Below the pieces are notes generated by a model. The model was not told the DNA's origin and did no database searches. It saw only the letters and a program-made list of their open reading frames with translations. This document shows, in pieces, positions 1-9,436 of a DNA stretch of 56,818 bases. Source of the stretch: a bacterium (GTDB lineage Bacteria; Patescibacteriota; CPR2; UBA1875; JAJYID01). Location of the stretch: positions 371,771 to 428,588 of the forward strand of contig JAUSJO010000002.1 of the NCBI GenBank assembly GCA_030647205.1. The letters run 5' to 3'. Each line of letters starts with the position of its first letter. Positions within the stretch are counted from its first letter, which is position 1. The translations under genes and the position numbers were made by a program.

Positions 1-1
1 T

Positions 2-241
2 ATTTCAGATCTTGATATTTTTATCGACCTTAACTTTCAGGGAAAAGGTCTCGGAAAGATACTCTTAAAAAGACATTTAGAGGAAGCAATCGAAAAATAC
101 GGTATCGAATCCGTGGAAACATCTGCCGCATTAAAGACGGAGTTCCCACTCAGCTGGTATAAAAGAATAGGTTTGCAGCCAATCACCAAGGCTGTCTATA
201 TAGAGGGCAAAGCAGAAGAGATACTTAAGAAAATAAAGTAG
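2..241 (+). CDS. GNAT-family N-acetyltransferase, C-terminal fragment (5' end outside window)
   Basis: Frame is open from the window edge to TAG 239-241. Translation ...DLNFQGKGLGKILLKRHLEEAIEKYG... carries the Q/R-x-x-G-x-G/A acetyl-CoA motif. Confidence 0.6.
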   Translation: MSDLDIFIDLNFQGKGLGKILLKRHLEEAIEKYGIESVETSAALKTEFPLSWYKRIGLQPITKAVYIEGKAEEILKKIK

Positions 242-378
242 CCATGGGGCGAAAATAATATTTTTTGTGGTATAAGCGTCCAAGAATGGTATAATAGTTT
301 CAATGGAGGGAGCACAAAGCTGTCTCTTCTTTTTGTTCAAAGTAATTCCTACAACGAATAGTAAAGGAGAACAGAAAC

Positions 379-714
379 ATGATTGATGCGATGTCAAACT
401 ATGCCGGCTTCGAAGAGGATCTTGAATCGCCGAGAGACGGACTCATGCACATGGCTTGCGCGGCGCTGGACTACACAGGATTTCCCATGTTTGCATGGAG
501 CAGCCCTGTTTACCAAGAAATGGGCAAAGCGTTTGATGCCTGTCTCTCAGCACGGCTTCAGCCAAGAGTTGTAATGGCTCTCATTATGTCAGAAAAAAGA
601 GAGCCGGTCTGTAACGATCTGGATGAGACCATCAACTTCGCCAAAAGCATAAATAAGCAGATCGAAGAGATTATAGACCAAATGGCCGATAATCACATGA
701 ACAGTCATCTCTAA
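379..714 (+). CDS. hypothetical protein (111 aa)
   Basis: AAAGGAG Shine-Dalgarno 9 nt upstream of ATG. GC hairpin terminator (GCGGGG...CCCCGC, 724-753) follows the stop. No motif recognised. Confidence 0.5.
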   Translation: MIDAMSNYAGFEEDLESPRDGLMHMACAALDYTGFPMFAWSSPVYQEMGKAFDACLSARLQPRVVMALIMSEKREPVCNDLDETINFAKSINKQIEEIIDQMADNHMNSHL

Positions 715-802
715 AATACAAAGGCGGGGTGCCGAAAGGTTCCCCGCTATTTTCTTTGGATAATTATGGGTCGAGGGAAGTTGGGGTTTTTGTGATATAA
801 TT

Positions 803-2305
803 TTGGCTATGGACATGAAAGAAATACCATCAAATGAGCCGGAGAAAGAGGCGGATTTAGTTGCATCGGAAAGTGATAATCTTTTGGAAGAGGTGTCTCA
901 AAATGAAGGCGTGGATATTCCCATTGAAAGCGATGAAACAGCGAAGGAAATAGAAAAGTACAGACAGGAACTTTCAGGCGGCGGAAGTAAAGTTGAGGGA
1001 ACTGAACAGCTTAGGATTAAGCATCAAAAAGATATTACTCCTGTTAGCATTGCAGAAAAAGACAGGGAGGATATAGAGTCATTTTCTGCAGAAAGTTTGA
1101 AGGAGCTGGAGAAAACCTATGAGCCGGGATTTGGTATTTTCCCTGCGTCTGACCCTAAAGAAAACTTCTATGAACAGATCTGGACTCGTGACTTTGCTCA
1201 TGCCTCGGGAAATTTTTTTGAGACCCAAAATCCACAAGCGGTTAAGGATTCTTTGGAAACTATTTTTTCTCACCAAAAAGAAAATGGTATGCTTCCCCTA
1301 AGGGTTGAGAAGCAGTACATGATGTTAAAACTCACACCGTTTCTCAGAGGACTTGCAAAACCAATGTTCAATATCATTGAAAGGAAAATCAAAGGTAGGG
1401 AGGAGAGGCCTGTTTATGAAGGCCAGGATTTTTCAGGAGCGGAAGATACAGTGCCGGCAGCTATTATCGCAGCTGGTGAATTTTTCGTTACTTCACAAGA
1501 AGGAAGAAAGTTTGCGGAGGAAAACTTTGATAAGCTAAAACTGGCTCTTGATTTCTTTGAAACGAAAGTGGATCCGGCAGACGGTCTTGCATCTGTAAAA
1601 ACAAAGAATTCTGACTGGTTGGATAGTATAAAAAGGACAGGGAAACTTGGTGGGATCAATGTTTTATGGGCGAGATCCCTTAAGATGATGAGTTTCATGG
1701 CTTCCCAGCTTGGTAAAGATGAAGATGCGCATGAATACCGAGAGAAATTTCAGAAAACAAAGGCTGTAATTATGGAAAAACTTTATGATAAAGAGGGGGC
1801 TTACTTTCGAGCGGAGGAAGGGACAAACAGGATCGAAGCTACAGCATCTATTTTTGGGTCTCTCTATCTTTTAGGTCCAGCAGAATGCGCAAGGGTTCAA
1901 GAAACTTTAAAAAGTAGGCTCAAAGCACCCTCAGGATTAAAAAATTTTGATCCGCCGTATCCGCGGAAACAGGTTCTCACCCCTCACAAACTTATAGGAC
2001 TTTCCGGTTATCAGAACGAGTTTGTCTGGCCATGGGTGACATGTCAGAATATCCAAGCGAAGATAAAAATTGCCCGAGAACATCAGGACAGTGTTGTAAG
2101 GGATCGGTTCAAGAAAGAGGCTGTTGAAGATCTTTTGGATATGACCAAACTTTTTAAAGATGCGGGTGGGGCTTATGAGATTTTTGAGCCCGATAGCAGA
2201 AAGCCGGCAATAAAAAGATTTTACAAACCGCCAAAAAATATTATGGGAAACCTTGCCGCATATGAGGGTGCTCATCTTCAGATGAAAGAACTGGGCTGGA
2301 TTTAG
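803..2305 (+). CDS. (alpha/alpha)6-barrel glycoside hydrolase, GDE_C / amylo-alpha-1,6-glucosidase-like, with acidic N-terminal extension
   Basis: 500-aa ORF. IWTRDFAHASGNFF, SDWLDSIKRTGKLGGINVLWA and FVWPWVTCQ fit the six-hairpin glycosidase fold. First ATG is 809, with TATAAT 796-801 lying 7 nt upstream (leaderless candidate). Confidence 0.6.
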   Translation: MAMDMKEIPSNEPEKEADLVASESDNLLEEVSQNEGVDIPIESDETAKEIEKYRQELSGGGSKVEGTEQLRIKHQKDITPVSIAEKDREDIESFSAESLKELEKTYEPGFGIFPASDPKENFYEQIWTRDFAHASGNFFETQNPQAVKDSLETIFSHQKENGMLPLRVEKQYMMLKLTPFLRGLAKPMFNIIERKIKGREERPVYEGQDFSGAEDTVPAAIIAAGEFFVTSQEGRKFAEENFDKLKLALDFFETKVDPADGLASVKTKNSDWLDSIKRTGKLGGINVLWARSLKMMSFMASQLGKDEDAHEYREKFQKTKAVIMEKLYDKEGAYFRAEEGTNRIEATASIFGSLYLLGPAECARVQETLKSRLKAPSGLKNFDPPYPRKQVLTPHKLIGLSGYQNEFVWPWVTCQNIQAKIKIAREHQDSVVRDRFKKEAVEDLLDMTKLFKDAGGAYEIFEPDSRKPAIKRFYKPPKNIMGNLAAYEGAHLQMKELGWI

Positions 2306-2390
2306 TTACTCAAAACAGGACGTTTAAACTTTCCGAACTTCTGCCAAATTGTTGGTTCTAAAAATGGGCTAGGGAAGAGGGGGATAGATT

Positions 2391-2843
2391 TTATCTCAAT
2401 AAGTCTTCGAGGGTTTTTATTTTTTCTTTATATTTTTCAATCTTTTCTTCCCAAACCTCTACAGTTTTCCTATACGAAGCAAGGTATTCTTCCGCTTTCA
2501 ACTCCTTAAACTCTACGTTGTCGACTTGAGTTATATTAAAATTTTCAGGATTTATATCGGCATATAGATCCGCGTCAGATTCAAATCCGACTCGAGTACC
2601 CCCATTTACAAATTCATGCGGAAAAGTCGAGTCTTGTTTGTACCCGGCCTCTGCCATAATTTCTATCAACTCATCCCATTTATCGCTCAAATATATCGCC
2701 GGGATAATGATATCTATATCGTTTACTTCTCCGGTCTGATCCAAAACTCTATAAAGGCCAAGAGAGCCATATAGAGTCGGCACTATCTGGTGGCTATTAA
2801 ATGCTTTTGCGATTTTTAGAAAAGATTCAAATTTTTTGTCCAT
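2391..2843 (-). CDS. nucleotidyltransferase-fold protein (150 aa)
   Basis: LYGSLGLYRV...NDIDIIIP matches the minimal G-S/G ... D-x-D nucleotidyltransferase signature. Family assignment is tentative. Confidence 0.45.
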   Translation of the reverse strand: MDKKFESFLKIAKAFNSHQIVPTLYGSLGLYRVLDQTGEVNDIDIIIPAIYLSDKWDELIEIMAEAGYKQDSTFPHEFVNGGTRVGFESDADLYADINPENFNITQVDNVEFKELKAEEYLASYRKTVEVWEEKIEKYKEKIKTLEDLLR

Positions 2844-2935
2844 GAATCTATTTTAGCACAAAAATAAAAACTGGAACGGAAAAGGGGAGAAGTTTTTTGA
2901 AATATTTATGTCAGAAAAGTTGTATTATATAGTGT

Positions 2936-3502
2936 ATGAATCTTTCAAAACTTTCAGACGAAGAGCTAGCATCGTATATGCAGAAAAAAAGTGGTGAAGG
3001 TATCGAATATCTCATAGATAGATATGAGAAGTCACTTTTGAGGTATGTAGGATATTTAATCAAAGATGCCGACACATCTCAGGATGTAGTGCAGGATACA
3101 TTTTTGGCTGTTTATGAAAACATTAACTCCTTTGACACAAAAAAGAAGTTTTCATCTTGGATATATAGAATAGCTCACAACAAATCCATTGATGAAATCA
3201 AAAAAAGGGCAAAGACTATTACCTTGGGAGAGCGCGAGATTGTAGACGAAAGAAATGATGCACAAAGAATTGATAAAAGTATAGACATGATAAGAACTAA
3301 GCAGATTGTAGGAGAGGCCGTAGAACAGCTTTCTATAAAGTATAAAGAAGCCATAATTCTCAGATATTATGAAGAAAAGAGCTATGAAGATATTTCTGAT
3401 ATATGCCGTTGTCCGGTAAGTACTGTCGGGGTAAGGATAAGGCGGGCACTTGAAATGATAAAGACCAAAATAAATATAGATAATATTGAGGAGTATCTAT
3501 GA
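2936..3502 (+). CDS. ECF-type sigma-70 family RNA polymerase sigma factor
   Basis: Region 2 (DVVQDTFLAVYENINSF, SWIYRIAHNKSIDEIKK) and region 4 HTH (SYEDISDICRCPVSTVGVRIRRA) are recognisable. ATGA overlap with the next gene. Confidence 0.85.
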   Translation: MNLSKLSDEELASYMQKKSGEGIEYLIDRYEKSLLRYVGYLIKDADTSQDVVQDTFLAVYENINSFDTKKKFSSWIYRIAHNKSIDEIKKRAKTITLGEREIVDERNDAQRIDKSIDMIRTKQIVGEAVEQLSIKYKEAIILRYYEEKSYEDISDICRCPVSTVGVRIRRALEMIKTKINIDNIEEYL

Positions 3503-4032
3503 AAAAGAAAGAAAAAGATATAAAGAAAGAAGTGCTTAAGAAAATTGATTTAGGCGAAGTAAAGATGAAGTCAAAAGCACACTTTGAAGTCCTTAAGGTT
3601 TTATGGGCTATACTTATGACGGCATCTGTATTAGTTGCTATATTTCTCATAAATCTTGCTCTTTATTTGCCTAAAAGGGCAGGCGTGTTTCAGGGGGTTC
3701 GCCCTGAAAGACTAAATGTCATGCTATCATCAATCCCTTGGTGGTTGGTTGTATTTGGGGCTATATTTATTGGCATAGCAGTTTATATCTATAAAAATTA
3801 TGAAGGGGGATACAAAAAACATCTTTCGGCAATTATTATTACGATAGCTGTTTTAGTTATAACTATCGGGGGAGTATTGGCTGTTACTAATATTAATGAA
3901 AATATAGAGAGACGTCCGGGGATGAAGCAGTTCTATCAGTGGAACGAAAAAAGATTTGGTCCGCCCGGTATGAGATCTCCTATGCATAGGGACCGTTTGA
4001 ACCAAAAGCCGGACAATTTTAAGAGATTTTGA
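3499..4032 (+). CDS. membrane protein translationally coupled to the ECF sigma factor (candidate anti-sigma factor)
   Basis: Start overlaps the sigma-factor stop (ATGA). Lys-rich N-terminus is followed by several hydrophobic helices. No motif of a known anti-sigma family, so the role is inferred from position only. Confidence 0.5.
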   Translation: MKKKEKDIKKEVLKKIDLGEVKMKSKAHFEVLKVLWAILMTASVLVAIFLINLALYLPKRAGVFQGVRPERLNVMLSSIPWWLVVFGAIFIGIAVYIYKNYEGGYKKHLSAIIITIAVLVITIGGVLAVTNINENIERRPGMKQFYQWNEKRFGPPGMRSPMHRDRLNQKPDNFKRF

Positions 4033-4093
4033 AATATTTTTCTCCCCCTACCGTATTATAGGTGTAAGACGGTAACTTAACGAAAGGAGAAAA

Positions 4094-4570
4094 ATGAAAA
4101 CGAAAACTTTAGCAGTCACAGCGGTAGCCCTCGGTACGTTTGCCTTAGCGGGCATATATGGAGTGGGTGTTATCAAGGCAGAAACCGCCGAAAATGGTCG
4201 TGATACTATTGTCCAGAAGATAGCAGATAAGTTCAAGCTGAACAAAGATGAAGTAAAAGCAGTCTTTGATGAAAACAGAGCGGAGAGACAGGGAAAAATG
4301 GAGGAACGTTTTGAGGCCAATCTTAATAAAGCCGTAGAAAGTGGCAAGATTACAGAAGCACAGAAAAGTGCCATCTTGACTAAACATAAAGAGATACAAG
4401 CCAAGCGTGACGGGCTTAAGGATTTGCCACAAGAAGAAAGACATGATGCTATGCAGAAGATTCATGAAGAAATGGAAAACTGGGCTAAAGACAACGGTAT
4501 AGACATGAGCCAGATTGCCGGTCCAAGAGGAGAGGGACACCACGGAGGAAACTTCGGTCCAAGACTCTAA
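4094..4570 (+). CDS. secreted coiled-coil protein (158 aa)
   Basis: GGAG SD. Signal peptide MKTKTLAVTAVALGTFALAG, followed by charged helical sequence. Confidence 0.55.
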   Translation: MKTKTLAVTAVALGTFALAGIYGVGVIKAETAENGRDTIVQKIADKFKLNKDEVKAVFDENRAERQGKMEERFEANLNKAVESGKITEAQKSAILTKHKEIQAKRDGLKDLPQEERHDAMQKIHEEMENWAKDNGIDMSQIAGPRGEGHHGGNFGPRL

Positions 4571-4594
4571 ATAATAGAATAATATAGCCCCATA

Positions 4595-4623
4595 AAAGAA
4601 TGCTCCTCGAGGAGCATTCTTTG
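4595..4623. terminator. bidirectional rho-independent terminator
   Basis: 10-bp stem AGAATGCTCC/GGAGCATTCT with TCGA loop, A-run before and T-run after. Lies between convergent genes. Confidence 0.75.
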
Positions 4624-4650
4624 TTTGATAAAATAGAGTCGAGGAACAAG

Positions 4651-5985
4651 TTAACTTACAAAGGTAAGTGCTGTTCCGCGTTTGTTTGCGCGTCCTGTTC
4701 TGCCGATTCTATGCACATAATCTTCATAGTTTTCCGGCAAATCGTAGTTTATGACGTGAGTGACATCATCGATGTCTAGTCCTCGAGCAGCTACATCTGT
4801 AGCAACTAGGATATTCACATGATTTTCTTTGAATAGTCGGAGGGCTTTCTCTCTTTTGTTCTGTGCTTTGTCACCATGAATAGACGAGCTTTTGAAACCT
4901 CGTTTTTCCAGGTCATTTGAAAGATTTTCCACTCCTCTTTTTGTACGGCCAAAAATAAGTACTTTTTCGCATTCCGGTTTATTTAGAATGTCGTGCAGAA
5001 CTTCTATTTTTCTCTGATCGAAGCTGACCTTCACGATGTCTTGTTCTACGTTGTCGGATGTAACGGTAGTTTTTACCGAAACGGTGACAGGATTGTTTAG
5101 GAATGTCTGGATCAAACCGCTAATTCTTGTAGAAATGGTAGCGGAGAAGAAGAGCGACTGTTTGTGATTTGGGAGGGTAGAAAGGATGGTTTTGATATCG
5201 TTAATAAATCCCATATCGAGCATTCTGTCTACTTCATCAAGAACGATGTTTTGAGTTCCCTCAAGTCTGAGGCGACCACGTTTGATAAGGTCATTTATTC
5301 TACCCGGTGTGCCGATGACAAACTGAGGATTTCGGGAAAGTTCTGATATTTGTCTGCCGATACGTGCTCCACCGATACATTGGACAGAGCGAATTCCCAT
5401 ACCTTTTGCGAACTCTCGAAGTTCGATATCAATTTGTGAAGCAAGTTCACGGGTAGGAGTGATTATTAAAACCTTTTGGTTCTTGCCCATAAAGACTTTG
5501 TTTATCAAAGGGATGATAAAAGCGGCGGTTTTACCCGTGCCTGTAGCCGCAACGCCGATGATATCCCGGCCGTTTAGGGCTTCAGGGATAGCCTGATCCT
5601 GGATAGGAGTCGGGGTTTCATATCCCTTGGTGATAATGTTATTTTTGAGTTCTTGGCAAACGTTAAAGTCGGCGAACTTATGTTTTGATACATACTCTTC
5701 CACTTCTGCAACCGGAACTGCTTTTTTGATAAATTTATTTTGATCTATAATGCTCTTTTTTACGCCGCGAAAACGTTTCGGGCCTCTTCCGAAGCTGGAA
5801 CGTGAACCGCCAAAAGAAGCGGACTTCCTTGGGGCGCTGCCAAAAGGAACATAAGGACCTTCAGACCGCTGTGGTCCGCCGGAGCCATTTCTTTTTCTTG
5901 AGCCCTGTGAGGCAGGTTTGCCTCGGTTTTTATTAAATGAGTTGCCCGATTTAGTTCGGACAGAACTAGAAGATTTCTGGTACAT
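4651..5985 (-). CDS. DEAD-box ATP-dependent RNA helicase with Arg/Gly/Ser-rich N-terminal extension
   Basis: Motifs AATGTGKT (I), PTRELA (Ia), DEVD (II variant), SAT (III), HRIGRTGR (VI). The first ~90 aa are RG/SG-rich low complexity. Confidence 0.9.
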   Translation of the reverse strand: MYQKSSSSVRTKSGNSFNKNRGKPASQGSRKRNGSGGPQRSEGPYVPFGSAPRKSASFGGSRSSFGRGPKRFRGVKKSIIDQNKFIKKAVPVAEVEEYVSKHKFADFNVCQELKNNIITKGYETPTPIQDQAIPEALNGRDIIGVAATGTGKTAAFIIPLINKVFMGKNQKVLIITPTRELASQIDIELREFAKGMGIRSVQCIGGARIGRQISELSRNPQFVIGTPGRINDLIKRGRLRLEGTQNIVLDEVDRMLDMGFINDIKTILSTLPNHKQSLFFSATISTRISGLIQTFLNNPVTVSVKTTVTSDNVEQDIVKVSFDQRKIEVLHDILNKPECEKVLIFGRTKRGVENLSNDLEKRGFKSSSIHGDKAQNKREKALRLFKENHVNILVATDVAARGLDIDDVTHVINYDLPENYEDYVHRIGRTGRANKRGTALTFVS

Positions 5986-6359
5986 TTATACTCTTTCTTT
6001 CTTCGGCTGTTAGCCGGTTATTCATACTATTTTTCGGTCGCAAGTATGAATCTTTGAGTATAATCTTTCGACTAGTCTCCGTTTGGAGTCTCGTGTTCAT
6101 AAAAACAACTGATTAACTATATCATAAGGAAATAAGTTTGTCCAGGGTTTTATTTATTCTGGGCTTACGATTATGTTTGAAAGATGCTCTAAAATCCTTT
6201 ATAATAGAAAATTCTGGTTTGGGCAGACCGGAGGAAGTACCTTTTTATAAAAAAGCTTGAGGAGGTGACAAACACCTTGCCCAAAGAGCAGATGATTTAT
6301 TGGATATCTGCTTGTTATGCAAACTAGTCCAGAAGGCTCCAGAAGGCCGGAAAGGATGC

Positions 6360-6875
6360 ATGCAATATGTCCGTTACTTGGTTATCGTTGTTGGACTGCT
6401 GGTCTTAAGCATAGCCGGAACTGCTTTCACCATGAAAGCATCAGCTACTCAGTCTGGATCTATGGTTGTTGGGTTAAGCCCCCAGCTAATGAAAACTATA
6501 GATTTTGGTGAGTTGGAGAAAGCTCATAATGCCTACTTGGTGCTCAAGGAAGAAGAGAGAAAGCGCCAGGAGGCAGAGCAAAAGAGAATCAACGCAATAA
6601 ATCAGTTTGGTCCTTGGGGACCGGACCTCGTTGGGGCGGCAGAAACGTATGGCCAAAGACCCTCAGATCTATATGCGGTGATGTTCTGTGAAAGTAAGGG
6701 CGATGAGTACGCCGATAATGGCATCGATCTGGGCCTCTTCCAGTTCCATCCGGATACTTTTGCCGGTACGCCTTATGGCGGCGCGAGTATTTATGATGGG
6801 CATGCGCAAATCTATGCAGCCGCATGGATGTGGTCGCAGGGAAGAAGAAGTGAATGGCCCGTTTGCGGCGCCTAG
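6360..6875 (+). CDS. secreted lysozyme-like transglycosylase (SLT/Rpf-type domain)
   Basis: Signal anchor MQYVRYLVIVVGLLVLSIAG, coiled coil EEERKRQEAEQKRI, C-terminal FCESKGDEY...GLFQF catalytic-Glu context. Start is uncertain (TTG 6300 or ATG 6360). Confidence 0.6.
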   Translation: MQYVRYLVIVVGLLVLSIAGTAFTMKASATQSGSMVVGLSPQLMKTIDFGELEKAHNAYLVLKEEERKRQEAEQKRINAINQFGPWGPDLVGAAETYGQRPSDLYAVMFCESKGDEYADNGIDLGLFQFHPDTFAGTPYGGASIYDGHAQIYAAAWMWSQGRRSEWPVCGA

Positions 6876-6881
6876 TAAATC

Positions 6882-6915
6882 AAAGGGCGCGGATATAATC
6901 CGCGCCCTTTTTTCT
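6882..6915 (+). terminator. rho-independent terminator
   Basis: AAAGGGCGCGG-ATATAA-TCCGCGCCCTTT hairpin followed by a T-run. Confidence 0.8.
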
Positions 6916-6989
6916 ATATAAAGTTAGTGATATTGGCTTGGATATTCTAAGGAAAGAGGGCGATAGTTTGAACCATTTTAATAAAAGTG

Positions 6990-7038
6990 TTGACAAGACA
7001 CTAACTATGATATAGTATTAGTGTAGTAATAACACTAA
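6990..7038 (+). promoter_or_regulatory. pnuC-nadR promoter with overlapping inverted repeat (candidate operator)
   Basis: TTGACA 6990-6995 and TATAGT/TAGTAT 7011-7018. ACACTAA 6998-7004 is mirrored by TTAGTGT 7018-7024, with a third ACACTAA at 7032-7038. Confidence 0.5.
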
Positions 7039-7052
7039 GGAAGGAGAAAAAG

Positions 7053-7757
7053 ATGAAAAAAACAAAACAAAACAAACAAAACTGGCTCGTTACATCGATA
7101 ATGGCCGCGGTATCATTAACCCTAATAGCTTTAAGTTATTTTAAAGTAGTACCCATGAGTATGACGGAAGTTTTCGGATTTATCACAGGTGCTACTTGCG
7201 TCTGGCTTGTCGCCAAAGATAACATTTGGAACTGGCCGATAGGTATAGCAAACTCTATCTTCTATGTAATTGTTTTCTTTAATGCCCGGCTTTTTGCGGA
7301 TATGTCTCTTCAAGTCATATATATCATTCTTGGTTTCATGGGATGGTACTGGTGGCTTCGAGGTGGGGAGAACAAAACCAGACTCAAGGTTTTAAAGGTT
7401 AGTAAAAAAGAAGTAGTTACTTTGCTGGCGATCGCTGTTGTTAGTACCTTTGTAATGATGCAATATCTGACCAAAATTAATGACTCAGCTCCATTCCTTG
7501 ATGCATTGACTACAGTAATGAGCTTGGTCGCCCAGTATATGCTGACGAGAAAGTACATCGAAAACTGGTTTGTCTGGTTAAGTGTTGATGTCATATATGT
7601 AGGTCTATACGCCTCAAGAGGTCTTTATCTCACCTCTGTTCTCTATGCACTTTTCTTCTGCATGTGTTTAGTAGGTTTAAAAGAATGGCGAAAGCTAGTC
7701 ACAAAGAAACATACGGAGAAAAACCTTGTTTTAGCCGAGAAGGGACAAAATGTATGA
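7053..7757 (+). CDS. pnuC: nicotinamide riboside transporter PnuC
   Basis: Multi-pass membrane protein with NIWNWPIGIANSIFYVIVFF and GFMGWYWW, typical PnuC motifs. AGGAGAAAAAG SD. Confidence 0.85.
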   Translation: MKKTKQNKQNWLVTSIMAAVSLTLIALSYFKVVPMSMTEVFGFITGATCVWLVAKDNIWNWPIGIANSIFYVIVFFNARLFADMSLQVIYIILGFMGWYWWLRGGENKTRLKVLKVSKKEVVTLLAIAVVSTFVMMQYLTKINDSAPFLDALTTVMSLVAQYMLTRKYIENWFVWLSVDVIYVGLYASRGLYLTSVLYALFFCMCLVGLKEWRKLVTKKHTEKNLVLAEKGQNV

Positions 7758-8745
7758 TACAGGACTCATTGTCGGAAAATTCTATCCGCCACATAAAGGT
7801 CATGGCTATCTCATAGAGACTGCCCTTTCCCGGGTCAAAAAATTGACTATCATAGTTTGCGGGAAAAAGAAGGAGGACAAAATTGATCCCGATCTACGTG
7901 GTGCGTGGCTGAGAGAGCTTTATCCGAAAGCACAAGTAATGGTTATAGAGGACACTTTAGACCAAGATGACTCAAAAGCTTGGGCAGAAGCATCTATAGC
8001 TTGGTTGGGGTACAAACCGGATGTTGTTTTCACTTCTGAGGATTATGGGGATCCGTGGTCCCGTTACTTAGGATCTGAGCACACACAAGTAGACAAAGAA
8101 AGAAAGACAGTCCCAATCTGCGCCACTTTGATTCGTGCAAACCCGTATAAGTACTGGCAGTTTTTGGAGGATCCGGTTAGAGCTTACTTTGCAAAAAGGG
8201 TTTGTCTAGTTGGTGCAGAGTCAACTGGCAAGAGCACTCTTTCTAAAGACTTGGCCAAACACTATAAAACGACATGGGTGCCTGAGTTTGGCAGGTATCA
8301 TTGGGAAGCCAGACTTACCAAGGGTGAAGATTTCATCTGGTCAGAAAAAGACTTTATAAGGATTGCTAATTTTCAAAATGAATGGGAGGACGAGCTTGCA
8401 AAAGAGGCAAATAGGGTACTTATTTGCGATACCAACTCTTTTGCCACGGGCATTTGGTTTGAGCGATATATGGAAGAGAAATCAGAGAAAGTTGAGAAGT
8501 CAGCTGAGGGTAGAAAATATGATCTTTATATAGTGACAGATGTCGATGTTCCTTTTGAAGATGACGGGACGAGAGACGGAGAGCATATAAGAGAATGGAT
8601 GCACAAAAGATTCATCCAAGACCTAAAAAAGAGAAAAGAGAAATATGTCGTAGTGAGCGGTTCAGAGAAAGAAAGAATTAAAAAAGCTGTTCGAGAAATA
8701 GACAAGCTGTTTGATGTTGTCTATTTAGACAAGGGAAACGGTTAA
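7750..8745 (+). CDS. nadR: NadR-type NMN adenylyltransferase / ribosylnicotinamide kinase (no N-terminal HTH domain)
   Basis: GKFYPPHKGHGYLIE (H-x-G-H nucleotidyltransferase motif) at the N-terminus and P-loop GAESTGKST in the second half. Overlaps the pnuC stop by 8 nt. Confidence 0.85.
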   Translation: MYDTGLIVGKFYPPHKGHGYLIETALSRVKKLTIIVCGKKKEDKIDPDLRGAWLRELYPKAQVMVIEDTLDQDDSKAWAEASIAWLGYKPDVVFTSEDYGDPWSRYLGSEHTQVDKERKTVPICATLIRANPYKYWQFLEDPVRAYFAKRVCLVGAESTGKSTLSKDLAKHYKTTWVPEFGRYHWEARLTKGEDFIWSEKDFIRIANFQNEWEDELAKEANRVLICDTNSFATGIWFERYMEEKSEKVEKSAEGRKYDLYIVTDVDVPFEDDGTRDGEHIREWMHKRFIQDLKKRKEKYVVVSGSEKERIKKAVREIDKLFDVVYLDKGNG

Positions 8746-8746
8746 A

Positions 8747-9076
8747 TTATTTTTCGAGGCAGGGACAGTTCTTTGAATTTAGTTCAGAAATGCCACCGAC
8801 CAGATTGCACACATCTTTTCCGGCGCTAGATAGAAGTTTTGCAATGTGCGAGCTTCTGGCGCCGCTTTTGCAAACCAAAACAACCTTTTTGCTCCAGTCA
8901 ATTTCGTTTATTTTAAGCGGAATCATAGAAAGGGGAATGAGTTTTGACCCTTTGATTTTGACAACCGCGTATTCGTCCTGTTCGCGAACATCTACGACCT
9001 CTAAACTATCCGGATTTTCCGCAAGCATTTCTCTAAATTCATTCGATGAAATATTTTTGATAGCCATAGGGAACAT
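8747..9076 (-). CDS. single-domain rhodanese-like sulfurtransferase
   Basis: 109 aa with active-site loop VCKSGARS (C-x-x-G-x-R). Confidence 0.7.
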   Translation of the reverse strand: MFPMAIKNISSNEFREMLAENPDSLEVVDVREQDEYAVVKIKGSKLIPLSMIPLKINEIDWSKKVVLVCKSGARSSHIAKLLSSAGKDVCNLVGGISELNSKNCPCLEK

Positions 9077-9166
9077 TCAAACAAATATTCGCGCACCTGT
9101 CCAGCATAAACGTAGTGTTTAAGTTTATTTGTTAGTCGGTTCTGTTTTTGCTATGATAGGCAGAGG

Positions 9167-9436
9167 ATGAAAATATCAATGAGGGATATAAAAAAACAGC
9201 TTCGGGAAAATAAGTACTTAAATCCGATAGTAACGGCAATCGGACTATTTTTTATATTTCTCGCTATTTTGGGAGCTTTCCTTCCTATCATTCCGGGATT
9301 TGTATTTTTATTTATTGGGCTTATAATACTGGGAGAAGAGTTCTTCCTGACAAGATGGATTCTCAAAAGATCACCGAAATCATTAAGAGATAAGCTGGAA
9401 AAAAGAAAAAACGGAGGGAGCAACAATGATAAGTAA
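9167..9436 (+). CDS. small membrane protein (89 aa)
   Basis: Two hydrophobic helices (LPIIPGFVFLFIGLIILGEEF). Family not assigned. Confidence 0.45.
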   Translation: MKISMRDIKKQLRENKYLNPIVTAIGLFFIFLAILGAFLPIIPGFVFLFIGLIILGEEFFLTRWILKRSPKSLRDKLEKRKNGGSNNDK

